A stretch of DNA of 64,000 nt from a virus (taxonomy: Duplodnaviria; Caudoviricetes), in the IMG/VR virus record IMGVR_UViG_3300021399_000106, positions 1 to 64,000 of that record; one strand, written 5' to 3'. The notes beneath the pieces were generated by a model. It made no database searches. It was not told the DNA's origin and worked only from the letters and a program-made list of their open reading frames with translations. The position numbers were made by a program, and so were the translations under genes. Below are positions 33,235 through 42,370 of the stretch, in pieces. How positions within the stretch are numbered: the stretch's first letter is position 1; each line of letters begins with the position of its first letter.

Positions 33235-33840
33235 ATGGATAAAAAGTTTAAATTAGGATTTATGGTAGGTAGAATGCAACCTATCCATAAAGGACATCAA
33301 CAATTAATTGATTTAGGATTAGAATTATGTGAAAGATTTGTTATACTATTAGGTTCTAGTAATGAATCTAGAACTAAAAGTAATCCTTTAACTTTTACTG
33401 AAAGATATGATTTAATTAAAAAAATATATGGAGATAAAGTTGAAATATATCCTATTGTAAATATTGGTATTGGATTTGTGCCTGAATGGGGTAATTATAT
33501 AATGAATACTATGAAATTCTACTGTGATTCTTATCCTGATTTTTATATCGGTGGTGTTGAAGAAGGTAGAAAAGATGTATTTAATAATTATCCTAATCTT
33601 TCAACATTATATATAGGTAGAGATAAAATTGATGTTTCAGCAACTCAAATTAGAGATCTTGTTAAAAATATCGCTTATCCTATGTATATGAATACAGACA
33701 GAATGTTGATTCATATGTCAAATATAGAAGATAGATTAAAACAGTTAATTGATGAAAAAATTGTACAAAATGTTCTAGGGTATAGAGGTGTAATAAAAGA
33801 TACCTACAAAGAAAATAATGGGAAGGAAGCGAATTCATAA
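33235..33840 (+). CDS. nicotinamide/nicotinate-nucleotide adenylyltransferase (NadM/NadR type)
   Basis: GRMQPIHKGH, NPLTFTER, VSATQIR. Confidence 0.85.
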   Translation: MDKKFKLGFMVGRMQPIHKGHQQLIDLGLELCERFVILLGSSNESRTKSNPLTFTERYDLIKKIYGDKVEIYPIVNIGIGFVPEWGNYIMNTMKFYCDSYPDFYIGGVEEGRKDVFNNYPNLSTLYIGRDKIDVSATQIRDLVKNIAYPMYMNTDRMLIHMSNIEDRLKQLIDEKIVQNVLGYRGVIKDTYKENNGKEANS

Positions 33841-33841
33841 T

Positions 33842-34186
33842 ATGGTTTTTAAAATAAATAAATATAGTATAAATAGTGGATTTGATATATTTCTAGTCAT
33901 TGTTAATATTATTTTAATAATTGGACTTATATTCTTTTCTACATTTGGCGAAATGTTATATTGGAATTGGTTTATAACACTGGCTACTGGATGGTCAAAG
34001 ATAAATTACTGGTTAATGTTAGGCATAAGTTTTACTATATCACTAATAAGAGGAACCCTTAGTTCCAATAACTCTTCTAACGAAGAAGGTTGTAGTGCCG
34101 GAGAATTATTAACTAAAATATTTGGATATTATTTAGGTATAGGGTTAATGATTGGTCTTGGTGCACTAATACATTTAGGGGTATAG
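33842..34186 (+). CDS. membrane protein
   Basis: three hydrophobic segments. Confidence 0.6.
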   Translation: MVFKINKYSINSGFDIFLVIVNIILIIGLIFFSTFGEMLYWNWFITLATGWSKINYWLMLGISFTISLIRGTLSSNNSSNEEGCSAGELLTKIFGYYLGIGLMIGLGALIHLGV

Positions 34187-34683
34187 AATAAAATGAAGAC
34201 CAAAAGAATAAAAAAGGAAACATTATTTGAAGTTAAATGTGTTTGTTGTGGTAAAAAATTTAAAACCACAGATCCTAAACAAGATACATGTTTAAAATGC
34301 TCAGTTGAACTAATTGAATTTCTTAGTATGTAACAAATAACTAAATTATTATATAAGGAAAGGTTGAATTATTATGAAAAATAAAAAATATTTAAATAAT
34401 CCAATTCTAAAGAGCGTTAAAGCTGCAAATTTATGCCTAGATGAATGGCATGAAAATTATAATAATCCAGAAATGGTTGAATGTAATCATAACAGAGTTT
34501 TACCTAAAATTGGATTATGTCTAGTAACTATACTGTTAGTAATAACTTTAATTGCAGTATTTTAATTTTTCGATTTAAATAAGTTGTTTTTATATCGTAT
34601 ATAAATTTATAACAACGTTATAAAAACTTCTTAAAATCGAAATTTGAAGGTGTTTACGCTATATTATACTAAGGAGATTCAAT

Positions 34684-35781
34684 ATGATAAAAAAAGAAGG
34701 AAAATATTTTGTTATTGACAAGATAGATGGAATAAGATTAATTGAGGTTATCTTTGCAGGAGAAGAAGATAGACCTCTTTATAAGATTTATGATGGTAAG
34801 GAATGCGTTAAAAAGTGGAGAAGTAAAAAAAACCTTCACGGAATGGCCGATTATGATATCATAGATTCTGATGATTATAATACATACTTGAATTATGTTG
34901 AAGATAATTCTGATAACATAATTTCTTATGATATGTTTGGTTTACCTGATGGCAGTCTTTTAGGAACTAGCAGAGGCAACAGAGAAATACATAAGAAAGA
35001 TAATTCTGAAACACGTACTAATACTAATACACCTTATAGACCTTTTTATGGATCTTTCTATTCTAATTATGAGCCTCCAAAGAAAGAAACCGGCTTTTAT
35101 GATAAATTAACTAAAAGTAATACCTTAGTATTCCATAGAACAGATCCTACAACAACAATGCTTAGTCAGTTATATGAAGGAAAAGGATGGGATGTTCTTA
35201 ATTCGTGCTATAACTTAGACCAAGAGGAATTATTTAAGGTTGTTGACGCACATGAAAGAATAGTTTGTTTAGGTCATGGTTATCCAGGAGGATTAATGGG
35301 AATGTTTGGTCCTGAAATGGCTCCTCATTTTAAAGATAAAAAATTATTTGTAATTTGGTGTAATGCAGATAAATATTTTGACAACGCTGGTATAGGAAAT
35401 GGTCAATTTATAACAGGAAATATTCCTAGCGAAGTTGGCGAGTCAATCGCTGCTGGTTGTGGAAATATTGGAAGACAAGAAATGCTAGATAATATTACAT
35501 ACTGGTCTAAATTATGTGCTGATGTAATCGAAAGATGCCTTGAAGGAGATGTAAAATCTTCCGTTGATTACATTAGAGAAAATTATATTTCTCACTATGG
35601 AACTCATCCTGTTACAAAATATAATGCAATAAGAACAAAAGTTCATGGAACATCTTACGCAGCAAATGAAGCTGAAGTAAACAAAATTTATGAAAGACTA
35701 GGAATAGAAGTTAAACCTGCTGAAAGTAATGGAGGATTTGGTGGTTGGAACCGTGCTTCATTATGGGATAATGAAGATTAA
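34684..35781 (+). CDS. hypothetical protein, possible His/Cys (caspase-like fold) domain
   Basis: IVCLGHG..LFVIWCNA. Confidence 0.55.
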   Translation: MIKKEGKYFVIDKIDGIRLIEVIFAGEEDRPLYKIYDGKECVKKWRSKKNLHGMADYDIIDSDDYNTYLNYVEDNSDNIISYDMFGLPDGSLLGTSRGNREIHKKDNSETRTNTNTPYRPFYGSFYSNYEPPKKETGFYDKLTKSNTLVFHRTDPTTTMLSQLYEGKGWDVLNSCYNLDQEELFKVVDAHERIVCLGHGYPGGLMGMFGPEMAPHFKDKKLFVIWCNADKYFDNAGIGNGQFITGNIPSEVGESIAAGCGNIGRQEMLDNITYWSKLCADVIERCLEGDVKSSVDYIRENYISHYGTHPVTKYNAIRTKVHGTSYAANEAEVNKIYERLGIEVKPAESNGGFGGWNRASLWDNED

Positions 35782-35855
35782 TTTAAAATAAATATTGATT
35801 TTTATTAAATTGTATTATATAATATAAGTATATTAAATGAAAGGAAGATACTTAT

Positions 35856-36146
35856 ATGGTAGAGGTTAGTAAAACTGGTTTTAAAAATTTATGTTTTGAT
35901 TTAATTGGTAGTGAAACAAAATTAGATATTGTTGTTAGAGAAGAAAATGAAAAAGGTATCAGAGCAATATATTGTGAAGTTCCTACATTATCGGAATTAA
36001 AAAAACAATATCCTGATGTTAAAGAATTATATAAATATATAGCAAAACATATTAAAGATAGTTGCTTTCATGTTTGTGAATATAATAAAAAAACACAATT
36101 ATTAATTATAGATGGAAGCAAATATGAGGAAATAAAAATTGTATAA
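35856..36146 (+). CDS. hypothetical protein
   Basis: ORF, RBS, promoter. Confidence 0.65.
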   Translation: MVEVSKTGFKNLCFDLIGSETKLDIVVREENEKGIRAIYCEVPTLSELKKQYPDVKELYKYIAKHIKDSCFHVCEYNKKTQLLIIDGSKYEEIKIV

Positions 36147-36162
36147 TTAAATATAATTAACT

Positions 36163-36726
36163 TTAGTTCTTGAAATATATTGGATGAAAAACTCCTAAAA
36201 GTTAGCTCGATATAAAGAACATAGAATAAGAGCAAATATTTTCCTTATTTAGAAAAATAAGGTGGCGGTGGATGTGGTTTAATCACACACTAGCGGATTT
36301 GATTTTTTCGCTATATAAAATGAAATCTTAGAAGGAAAACTATGTAGTGACTACAATTTAGATGAGAACTCCTGATCATGTGGGATATACATTAATAGCG
36401 TGATAGTTTACAGTATGTTTACTATCCCTAGTATGCGAAGCACCGACTTAGTTTCGGAAAGATTATGTGAGAACCCTAAGTAGCATTTAAACCCGTTTGG
36501 CTGTATTTAGATGTGTCCACCTATTTGGGCCTCTATTTACCTGGTCTACTCACCTGACACGTTAGCAAAGGGAACTCTTGAAATTAAGATAGTAATTTGT
36601 AGATTAATGAGGGAAATCACAAGCGTCGAGTCCAATAAAAAGATGCCTTATGGGCGAAACGATGAGATAGGGATTGGCAACACATAGCCTATCGGTTAAA
36701 AGCCATTGTTGGTTCAAGTCCAACCA
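36163..36726 (+). ncRNA. large structured ncRNA (GOLLD/ROOL-class candidate)
   Basis: ORF-free, GC-elevated; long-range GGTGGATG/TGTCCACC; ends in T-loop GTTGG-TTCAAGT-CCAAC; next to tRNAs. Confidence 0.5.
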
Positions 36727-36771
36727 AATTATTATAATTCAAGACAAGTGAGGTTGAGCCTCACAGCTATA

Positions 36772-36897
36772 TGTTCCAATATAGTTTAATGGTAAAACAA
36801 CAATGACAACCCCATAGATAGAACTATCTCTTGATTATTCAAGGCTTAATGCGTGTATGAGTGACGTGTAATCTGGTTCAAATCCAGTGAGGAACAG
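36772..36897 (+). ncRNA. tRNA-like RNA with expanded anticodon domain
   Basis: TGTTCC/GGAACA acceptor, TAGTTTAATGGTAAAAC D-arm, CTGGTTCAAATCCAG T-arm. Confidence 0.55.
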
Positions 36898-37470
36898 GGC
36901 TATTAGATTAGCAAATGGTTGTATGTTAGCCTGAAAAACATTCATAAACACAAGGTACTCTTAGATGAGTATCTTGTTGAATACAAATTAATAGTGGGAA
37001 TGACGCTTCGAATATCATTCACTTGATATTTACGTCTATTACTGCAACGTTCCGTTTAAATGGTAGCTAATAGATAAGAGCGAAAAAGCACCCTGTTATC
37101 GCTATATAAGGCAGGGTTTTAGATTGTTTACTGATGACAAGGGAAGCTTGGAAGAGGGGTCGGTTAGGTTAGCAATTATCCTAATATGTCAAAAAATTGC
37201 AATTTTATATTGTATAATATAATTGAAGGAAAAGAATATCCAGTGGTAGCGCCCAAACACTAGGACGGCAACCGGTAAGTCGGACGGTCAAGTACGCAGA
37301 ATAAGAGATGAAAATCCTTACAACCTAACTAGAGTGTAGGTTGAGCCAATTAAATAAGTAGAAGCCACTCATTAAGTCGACATTTAGATATCATTCATTT
37401 AGCGATGAAAGTGATCTATTTTTAGCGAAAATGTATCGATGCGCAGCGAGGTTCTTCGGACGTGGCTTGT
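36898..37470 (+). ncRNA. one or two further unassigned structured RNAs
   Basis: ORF-free; hairpins ACAAGGTACTC/GAGTATCTTGT, CAACCTA/TAGGTTG, CCCTG/CAGGG; TGTATAAT at ~37211. Confidence 0.4.
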
Positions 37471-37477
37471 TATATAT

Positions 37478-37553
37478 TGCGGGGTGGAGCAGTTGGTAGC
37501 TTGCAGGGCTCATAACCCTGAGGCCGTCGGTTCGAGTCCGGCCCCCGCGACCA
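37478..37553 (+). tRNA. tRNA-fMet(CAT)
   Basis: cloverleaf, three G-C pairs in anticodon stem, weak 1-72 pair, CCA. Confidence 0.9.
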
Positions 37554-37583
37554 TGTAAAATAAATTAATTTTGTTAAATAAAT

Positions 37584-37691
37584 GATTGAATATGCAATTA
37601 TAAAAAGCAGCCGTTCTGTAACCACGGTGCCTATACAGTATACTAGTTAATTAAAAGGCTTTGCAGGTGTAATTCCTGTCTTCAATCACCA
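37584..37691 (+). ncRNA. aberrant tRNA-Tyr-like RNA (GTA), long variable arm
   Basis: GATTGAA/TTCAATC+ACCA, T-arm GCAGG-TGTAATT-CCTGT. Confidence 0.5.
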
Positions 37692-37813
37692 GGTTACGGT
37701 TTTAAGGACATAAACAAGCCACGGTTAGGAATGTCCTTTTTATTTTATAAAATATATAATTTTTTATATACTAATATTGTATATTTAAATATAAAATATA
37801 ATAGAAAGGAATT

Positions 37814-38125
37814 ATGTTTATGAATACATTGTTTGATGTTTATATGTTACAAGCAAAATTATACCATTGACTTGATGGAGAATATTATAATGTAGCAGTT
37901 GAAAATTATTTAGAAATAGAAAAAGCTGAATTAGAATATGACGATGAAAGAGCAACATTAAGTAATGTTAAATTTCATATTCGTTGAGGTAGATTCTATG
38001 ATAATAAAGAAAAAGAATATTTGAATGAAGAACATAAAACTATTATAGATATTGATATTAAATATTTAGAAAATTATGATTATATTTTAGGAATTTTTAC
38101 TGAATATGCTAAAAAGATAGGATAA
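37814..38125 (+). CDS. hypothetical protein (TGA=Trp)
   Basis: 103 codons, two in-frame TGA, RBS AAAGGA. Confidence 0.65.
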
Positions 38126-38183
38126 TATATTGTATAATATAAAGTAATTATTTCCCGGAGTGAGATTCTCCGTTGATATAGAT

Positions 38184-38259
38184 ACCGGCGTAGCTCAACT
38201 GGTAGAGTCGCGGTCTTCAAAACCGTTGGTTGTGGGTTCGAGTCCTACCGCCGGTACCA
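38184..38259 (+). tRNA. tRNA-Trp(TCA), UGA-decoding
   Basis: 76-nt cloverleaf, anticodon TCA at 38217-38219, short variable loop (not Sec), A73, CCA. Confidence 0.92.
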
Positions 38260-38328
38260 GTCAGTATAATGGTTTATGGATTCATTTCTATAAACCATTT
38301 TTATTTTATATAGGAAAGGAATTAAATT

Positions 38329-39315
38329 ATGCAAAGAATGATAAGTGGTATTAAACCAACAGGAAAAGTAACGTTAGGAAATTATATTGGTGCAATAAAA
38401 CAATTTATAAAATATCAAGATGATTATGATTTATGGGTTTTTATAGCGGATTTGCACGCATTAACACTTCCTATAAGCCAAAAGGAGTTACTCGAAAATA
38501 CGGAGAATTTAGCGGCGATTTATATAGCTGCTGGATTAGATCCTAAAAAGGTAACTTTATTTAAACAATCTAGTATTGTTGGACCTACAGAATTAAGTTG
38601 GTTACTAACTTGTAATACTGTTTTAGGTGAATTAACTAAAATGCCACAATATAAAAATTATTGTGAAAATCATAAAGGTGAAGGTGTTCCAACTGGTATG
38701 TTAATGTATCCTTCCTTAATGAGTGCCGATATATTATTATATGATGCTGATTATGTTCCAGTAGGGGAAGATCAAAAATCGCATGTTGATTTATGTAGAG
38801 ATATGGCTGAAAAGTTTAATAAAAGATATCCTGATAGTTTTAAATTACCTGAAACTATATTAGCTAAACAAGGTGCCAAAATAATGAGTTTATCAAATCC
38901 TACAAAGAAAATGAGTAAATCAGAATCTGATAAAGGAACAATTTATATTTTAGATGATATAGAAATATCTAAGAAAAAAATTATGAAAGCTTTAACTGAT
39001 AGTGAAGATAAAGTATATTATGATCCAATTAATAAACCAGGAATTTCAAATCTATTAACAATTTATAGCTGTTTAAGTGGAGAAGATATTAAAGTAATTG
39101 AAGATAGATATAAAGATGCTATTAATTATGGTATATTTAAGAAAGATTTATGTACATTATTAGAAAAGGAATTATTACCTATTCAAGAAAAAGTTAGAAA
39201 GTTAAAAGAAAGTGGAGATTTGGATTTAATATTATTTAATGGCTCATTATCTGCACAATCAGCTGCAAAAAGAAAAATTACAGAAATTTATAAAAAAGTT
39301 GGTTTATTAGATTAA
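38329..39315 (+). CDS. trpS: tryptophanyl-tRNA synthetase
   Basis: SGIKPTG.TLGNYIGA, ADLHA, YP.LMSADIL, PVGEDQ, KMSKS. Confidence 0.95.
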   Translation: MQRMISGIKPTGKVTLGNYIGAIKQFIKYQDDYDLWVFIADLHALTLPISQKELLENTENLAAIYIAAGLDPKKVTLFKQSSIVGPTELSWLLTCNTVLGELTKMPQYKNYCENHKGEGVPTGMLMYPSLMSADILLYDADYVPVGEDQKSHVDLCRDMAEKFNKRYPDSFKLPETILAKQGAKIMSLSNPTKKMSKSESDKGTIYILDDIEISKKKIMKALTDSEDKVYYDPINKPGISNLLTIYSCLSGEDIKVIEDRYKDAINYGIFKKDLCTLLEKELLPIQEKVRKLKESGDLDLILFNGSLSAQSAAKRKITEIYKKVGLLD

Positions 39316-39531
39316 AATTAATTGTATAATATATTGTTAAAAATTAATAAATATTTAGTTAGATTCAAAGAAAATTATAATTTTATAAAAAAAGTTATTT
39401 TAGGTATTGATTTTTAGAAAAAAATATTGTATAATATATATGTAAAATAAAAATAATTAATTTTAGTAAAAACAGAGAAATTTGTTGTACTAAATTAGTT
39501 AAATAAAAAATTTGTTAAGGAGAACACAGTT

Positions 39532-39699
39532 ATGAAAACATTATTAAGTCTAATAAAATTACATAATCTTAATAGTCAATATCCGTTACAATCATACTGT
39601 GATTACTCTGAACAAATTACAGACAACGCTGTATTCACAAATAAACCATTTGGGTATGAAGCGAGAGAAAATAGCACACGAGGTTTTCCTAGAAGTTAA
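39532..39699 (+). CDS. putative leader peptide upstream of tRNA array
   Basis: 55 codons, RBS AAGGAG, between promoter 39407-39435 and terminator. Confidence 0.55.
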   Translation: MKTLLSLIKLHNLNSQYPLQSYCDYSEQITDNAVFTNKPFGYEARENSTRGFPRS

Positions 39700-39725
39700 C
39701 TGAAACTAATCTTTTAAAATAATTT

Positions 39726-39757
39726 AAGGACTAGCAAAGTTAGCTAGTCCTTTTTTA
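39726..39757 (+). terminator. intrinsic terminator/attenuator before tRNA array
   Basis: AAGGACTAGC..GCTAGTCC+T6. Confidence 0.75.
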
Positions 39758-39771
39758 TTTGTTATTTATAT

Positions 39772-39847
39772 AGGTCTTTAGTTTAATAGGTAAAATGATA
39801 GTCTCCAAAACTATAAGATGTGAGTTCGAATCTTACAGGGCCTGCCA
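39772..39847 (+). tRNA. tRNA-Trp(CCA)
   Basis: cloverleaf, G73, CCA. Confidence 0.9.
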
Positions 39848-39864
39848 TAAAATTAAATATAATA

Positions 39865-39965
39865 AAGACAGTTACAGCAATTCTAAATGCTAGACAAATG
39901 GATAAGTCAATTTCCTGCTAAGAAATCATTTTGGGTTCAAATCCCAAGCAAATAAAACTGTCTTG
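39865..39965 (+). ncRNA. clamp element E1 with acceptor-truncated tRNA-Ser(GCT)-like module
   Basis: AAGACAGTT-ACAGCAA...AACTGTCTTG around D, anticodon and T arms. Confidence 0.7.
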
Positions 39966-39970
39966 TATAT

Positions 39971-40046
39971 GGGGCATTAGCTCAGCTGGGAGAGCGTCTG
40001 TTTTGCACGCAGAAGGTCACCGGTTCGATCCCGGTACGCTCCACCA
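39971..40046 (+). tRNA. tRNA-Ala(TGC)
   Basis: cloverleaf, G3.U70, CCA. Confidence 0.92.
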
Positions 40047-40203
40047 TATAGATTGTACCTGTTACTATAGAACAGTTATGATAAATATAAAGCGTTCATT
40101 TGATAAATGAAAGAAAGATAAAGTGGTGATTTATCTCCTTCCGATATACTGGTGGGATAGCTTATAAGCTAGTGTTAAGCCTAGGACAATTAACACTTAA
40201 AAT

Positions 40204-40279
<76 letters not shown>

Positions 40280-40302
40280 TAAAAATAAATATTTAAGATA
40301 TA

Positions 40303-40420
40303 AAGACTCATACTGCAATTATTCCATTCTAGGATTTTTAGCTCATTTGGTAGAGCGTCAAACTTGTAATTTGAAAGTAGCAGGTTCAAGTCCTGCAGAA
40401 TCTATGATAAACGAGTCTTG
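40303..40420 (+). ncRNA. clamp element E2 enclosing CCA-less tRNA-Thr(TGT)-like module (40332-40404)
   Basis: AAGACTC-ATACTGCAA...AAAC-GAGTCTTG. Confidence 0.7.
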
Positions 40421-40425
40421 TAAAT

Positions 40426-40502
40426 GGACATGTAGCTCAGTTGGTTAGAGCTCCCCGCTCATAACGGGGCGGTCCTAGGTTCGAGACCTAGCTTGTCCAC
40501 CA
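40426..40502 (+). tRNA. tRNA-Ile2/Met(CAT)
   Basis: cloverleaf, GGAC acceptor like Bacillota Ile2, CCA. Confidence 0.85.
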
Positions 40503-40509
40503 GTTAAAT

Positions 40510-40585
40510 CGCCCCATCGACAAGCGGCCTAAGTCATTGGACTTTCTATCCAACATCGCCGGTTCGAATCCGGCTGGGGTGACCA
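40510..40585 (+). tRNA. tRNA-Glu(TTC)
   Basis: cloverleaf, CCA. Confidence 0.88.
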
Positions 40586-40589
40586 TAAT

Positions 40590-40667
40590 CGTCGCGTAGT
40601 GGAATTGGTTAACACACTTGCCTCTCAAGCAAGAGATTTACGAGTTCAAATCTCGTCGCGTCGACCA
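40590..40667 (+). tRNA. tRNA-Glu(CTC)
   Basis: cloverleaf, CCA. Confidence 0.85.
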
Positions 40668-40672
40668 TAATT

Positions 40673-40748
40673 GTTCCCATAGGCTAATGGACTAGACCAC
40701 TAGGCTACGAACCTAGTAATGAGGGTTCGAATCCTTCTGGGAATGCCA
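40673..40748 (+). tRNA. tRNA-Arg(ACG)
   Basis: cloverleaf, CCA. Confidence 0.9.
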
Positions 40749-40759
40749 TTTAAATATAT

Positions 40760-40836
40760 TGGCTGTTAGCTCAATTGGTTAGAGCATCGGACTGTTAATC
40801 CGGGGGTTGAGAGTTCAAGTCTCTCACAGCCAGCCA
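40760..40836 (+). tRNA. tRNA-Asn(GTT)
   Basis: cloverleaf, CCA. Confidence 0.92.
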
Positions 40837-40838
40837 AT

Positions 40839-40913
40839 GCAGGTATAGTATAAAGGTTAGTATTTCAGTCTTCCAAACTGAGGATACGGTTTCGAGATCC
40901 GTTACCTGCTCCA
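40839..40913 (+). tRNA. tRNA-Gly(TCC)
   Basis: cloverleaf, U73, CCA. Confidence 0.88.
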
Positions 40914-40986
40914 TAAAATTCTAAAGAAAGAGGTAATCGCTATGGAATCTGATTATAGCTATTATTACAACTTAATAATTAAATTT

Positions 40987-41071
40987 CGTGGCGTAGTTCG
41001 TTAAAGAGGCGAGGAAGTCCGTAAAACTTTCATCTTAGATCCGCTGAGAGCATTACTCAGAGCCACGACCA
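40987..41071 (+). ncRNA. degenerate tRNA-like RNA (GTA loop)
   Basis: CGTGGC/GCCACG+ACCA, non-canonical T-loop. Confidence 0.45.
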
Positions 41072-41075
41072 ATAT

Positions 41076-41165
41076 GGGTATGAGGCTACTGTCGGTTGCG
41101 TGGCGGCAGACTGTAAATCTGTTACATTGGAAACGTCGTAGGTTCGACTCCTACCATACCCACCA
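41076..41165 (+). tRNA. tRNA-Tyr(GTA)
   Basis: cloverleaf, long variable arm, CCA. Confidence 0.85.
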
Positions 41166-41168
41166 AAT

Positions 41169-41245
41169 GGACGCTTAGCTCAGCTGGGAGTAGCGCTTGC
41201 CTTACAAGCAAGAGGTCACAGGTTCGATCCCTGTAGCGTCCACCA
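41169..41245 (+). tRNA. tRNA-Val(TAC)
   Basis: cloverleaf, CCA. Confidence 0.92.
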
Positions 41246-41330
41246 GCCGATTTTAAGACATAATTGCTTAAAGGTTGTTTGCCAGACTTTAGTAGTAACG
41301 GCATCGAATAAAAACTGGCATTTAATATTT

Positions 41331-41407
41331 CGGGATTTAGCTCAGCTTGGTAGAGCGCTTGGTTTGGGACCAAGATGTCGTAGGTTCGAATCCTATAATC
41401 CCGACCA
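41331..41407 (+). tRNA. tRNA-Pro(TGG)
   Basis: cloverleaf, CCA. Confidence 0.92.
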
Positions 41408-41448
41408 AATAAGTTGTGGGTATAATAAGACTTGAAACCCTCATAAGT

Positions 41449-41524
41449 GGCCCGTTAGTTCAGCGGTTTAGAATCTTCGGCTGTCTCCCGAGGGACACGA
41501 GTTCGAATCTCGTACGGGTCGCCA
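41449..41524 (+). tRNA. tRNA-Asp(GTC)
   Basis: cloverleaf, G73, CCA. Confidence 0.9.
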
Positions 41525-41528
41525 TAAT

Positions 41529-41621
41529 GGTCAGTTGGCAGAGTCTGGTTTATTGCACTGGTCTTGAAAACCAGCGACGGTGATGAGCCGTCCGTGGGTT
41601 CAAATCCTACACTGACCGCCA
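41529..41621 (+). tRNA. tRNA-Ser(TGA)
   Basis: cloverleaf, long variable arm, CCA. Confidence 0.92.
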
Positions 41622-41639
41622 TTAATTAAAATTATATAT

Positions 41640-41768
41640 GCTCACGTTATAGTCACATCAATTTATGGATGGTTGCAAACTGAAATAAGGAGATGAGGAT
41701 GAATCTTGGAGATGGCCACCGAGATGAACGCAATACGGTATTAGGTGCAATTCCTTTTGTGGGTACCA
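41640..41768 (+). ncRNA. oversized (129 nt) tRNA-like RNA
   Basis: GCTCACG/TGTGGGT+ACCA, T-loop AGG-TGCAATT-CCT. Confidence 0.5.
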
Positions 41769-41773
41769 TATAT

Positions 41774-41850
41774 CCAATAGTAGCTCAGTTGGTTAGAGCA
41801 CTCGGCTGATAACCGAGAGGTCGATTGTTCAAATCAATCCTATTGGACCA
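41774..41850 (+). tRNA. tRNA-Ile(GAT)
   Basis: cloverleaf, CCA. Confidence 0.9.
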
Positions 41851-41856
41851 TAATAT

Positions 41857-41943
41857 GCTCCGGTGGTGGAACTGGTATACACGTTGGACTTAAAATCCAA
41901 TGCCTTTACAGGATTGAGGGTTCAAATCCCTCTCGGAGCACCA
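41857..41943 (+). tRNA. tRNA-Leu(TAA)
   Basis: cloverleaf, long variable arm, CCA. Confidence 0.92.
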
Positions 41944-41952
41944 AATATAAAT

Positions 41953-42029
41953 GCTCGAGTTAGTTCAGTTGGTAGAACATCTGATTGTGGCTCAGAGGGT
42001 CAAGGGTTCGAGTCCCTTACTTGAGCCCA
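41953..42029 (+). tRNA. tRNA-His(GTG)
   Basis: cloverleaf with G-1:C73, CCA. Confidence 0.9.
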
Positions 42030-42121
42030 TATAAAATATTAGAAAAAGGAGAACGACGTATATGAAACGAAAATGTAGATGTCGAAAGTGTTGTAGGAAA
42101 CAATTTAATAGATTTTTATAT

Positions 42122-42197
42122 GCGCCGTTAGCTTAACTGGTAGAGCTCTGGTCTCTTAAACCTGAGGTTATAGGTTCAAATCCTATACGGCGCACCA
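42122..42197 (+). tRNA. tRNA-Lys(CTT)
   Basis: cloverleaf, imperfect anticodon stem, CCA. Confidence 0.8.
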
Positions 42198-42203
42198 ATA
42201 GAT

Positions 42204-42279
42204 GTGCCTGTAGCTCAGATGGTAGAGCACTTGACTTTTAATCAAGGGGTCACGAGTTCGAACCTCGTCGGGCACACCA
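42204..42279 (+). tRNA. tRNA-Lys(TTT)
   Basis: cloverleaf, CCA. Confidence 0.92.
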
Positions 42280-42284
42280 TGAAT

Positions 42285-42361
42285 GTGCCGTTAGCTCATT
42301 CGGATAGAGCAACCGCCTTCTAAGCGGTAGGTGATAGGTTCGAGTCCTATACGGCACGCCA
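42285..42361 (+). tRNA. tRNA-Arg(TCT)
   Basis: cloverleaf, CCA. Confidence 0.92.
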
Positions 42362-42370
42362 TTATTTAAT

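Noticed and set aside
37122-37178. Hammerhead-like CTGATGA-stem-GAA (also 43510)
   Set aside because: No GAAA plus stem III/UH cleavage site can be formed.
38184-38259. tRNA-Sec or Gly (code 25) reading of the UCA tRNA
   Set aside because: 76 nt with short variable loop, no sel genes seen, adjacent to trpS, and TGA sites fit Trp contexts.
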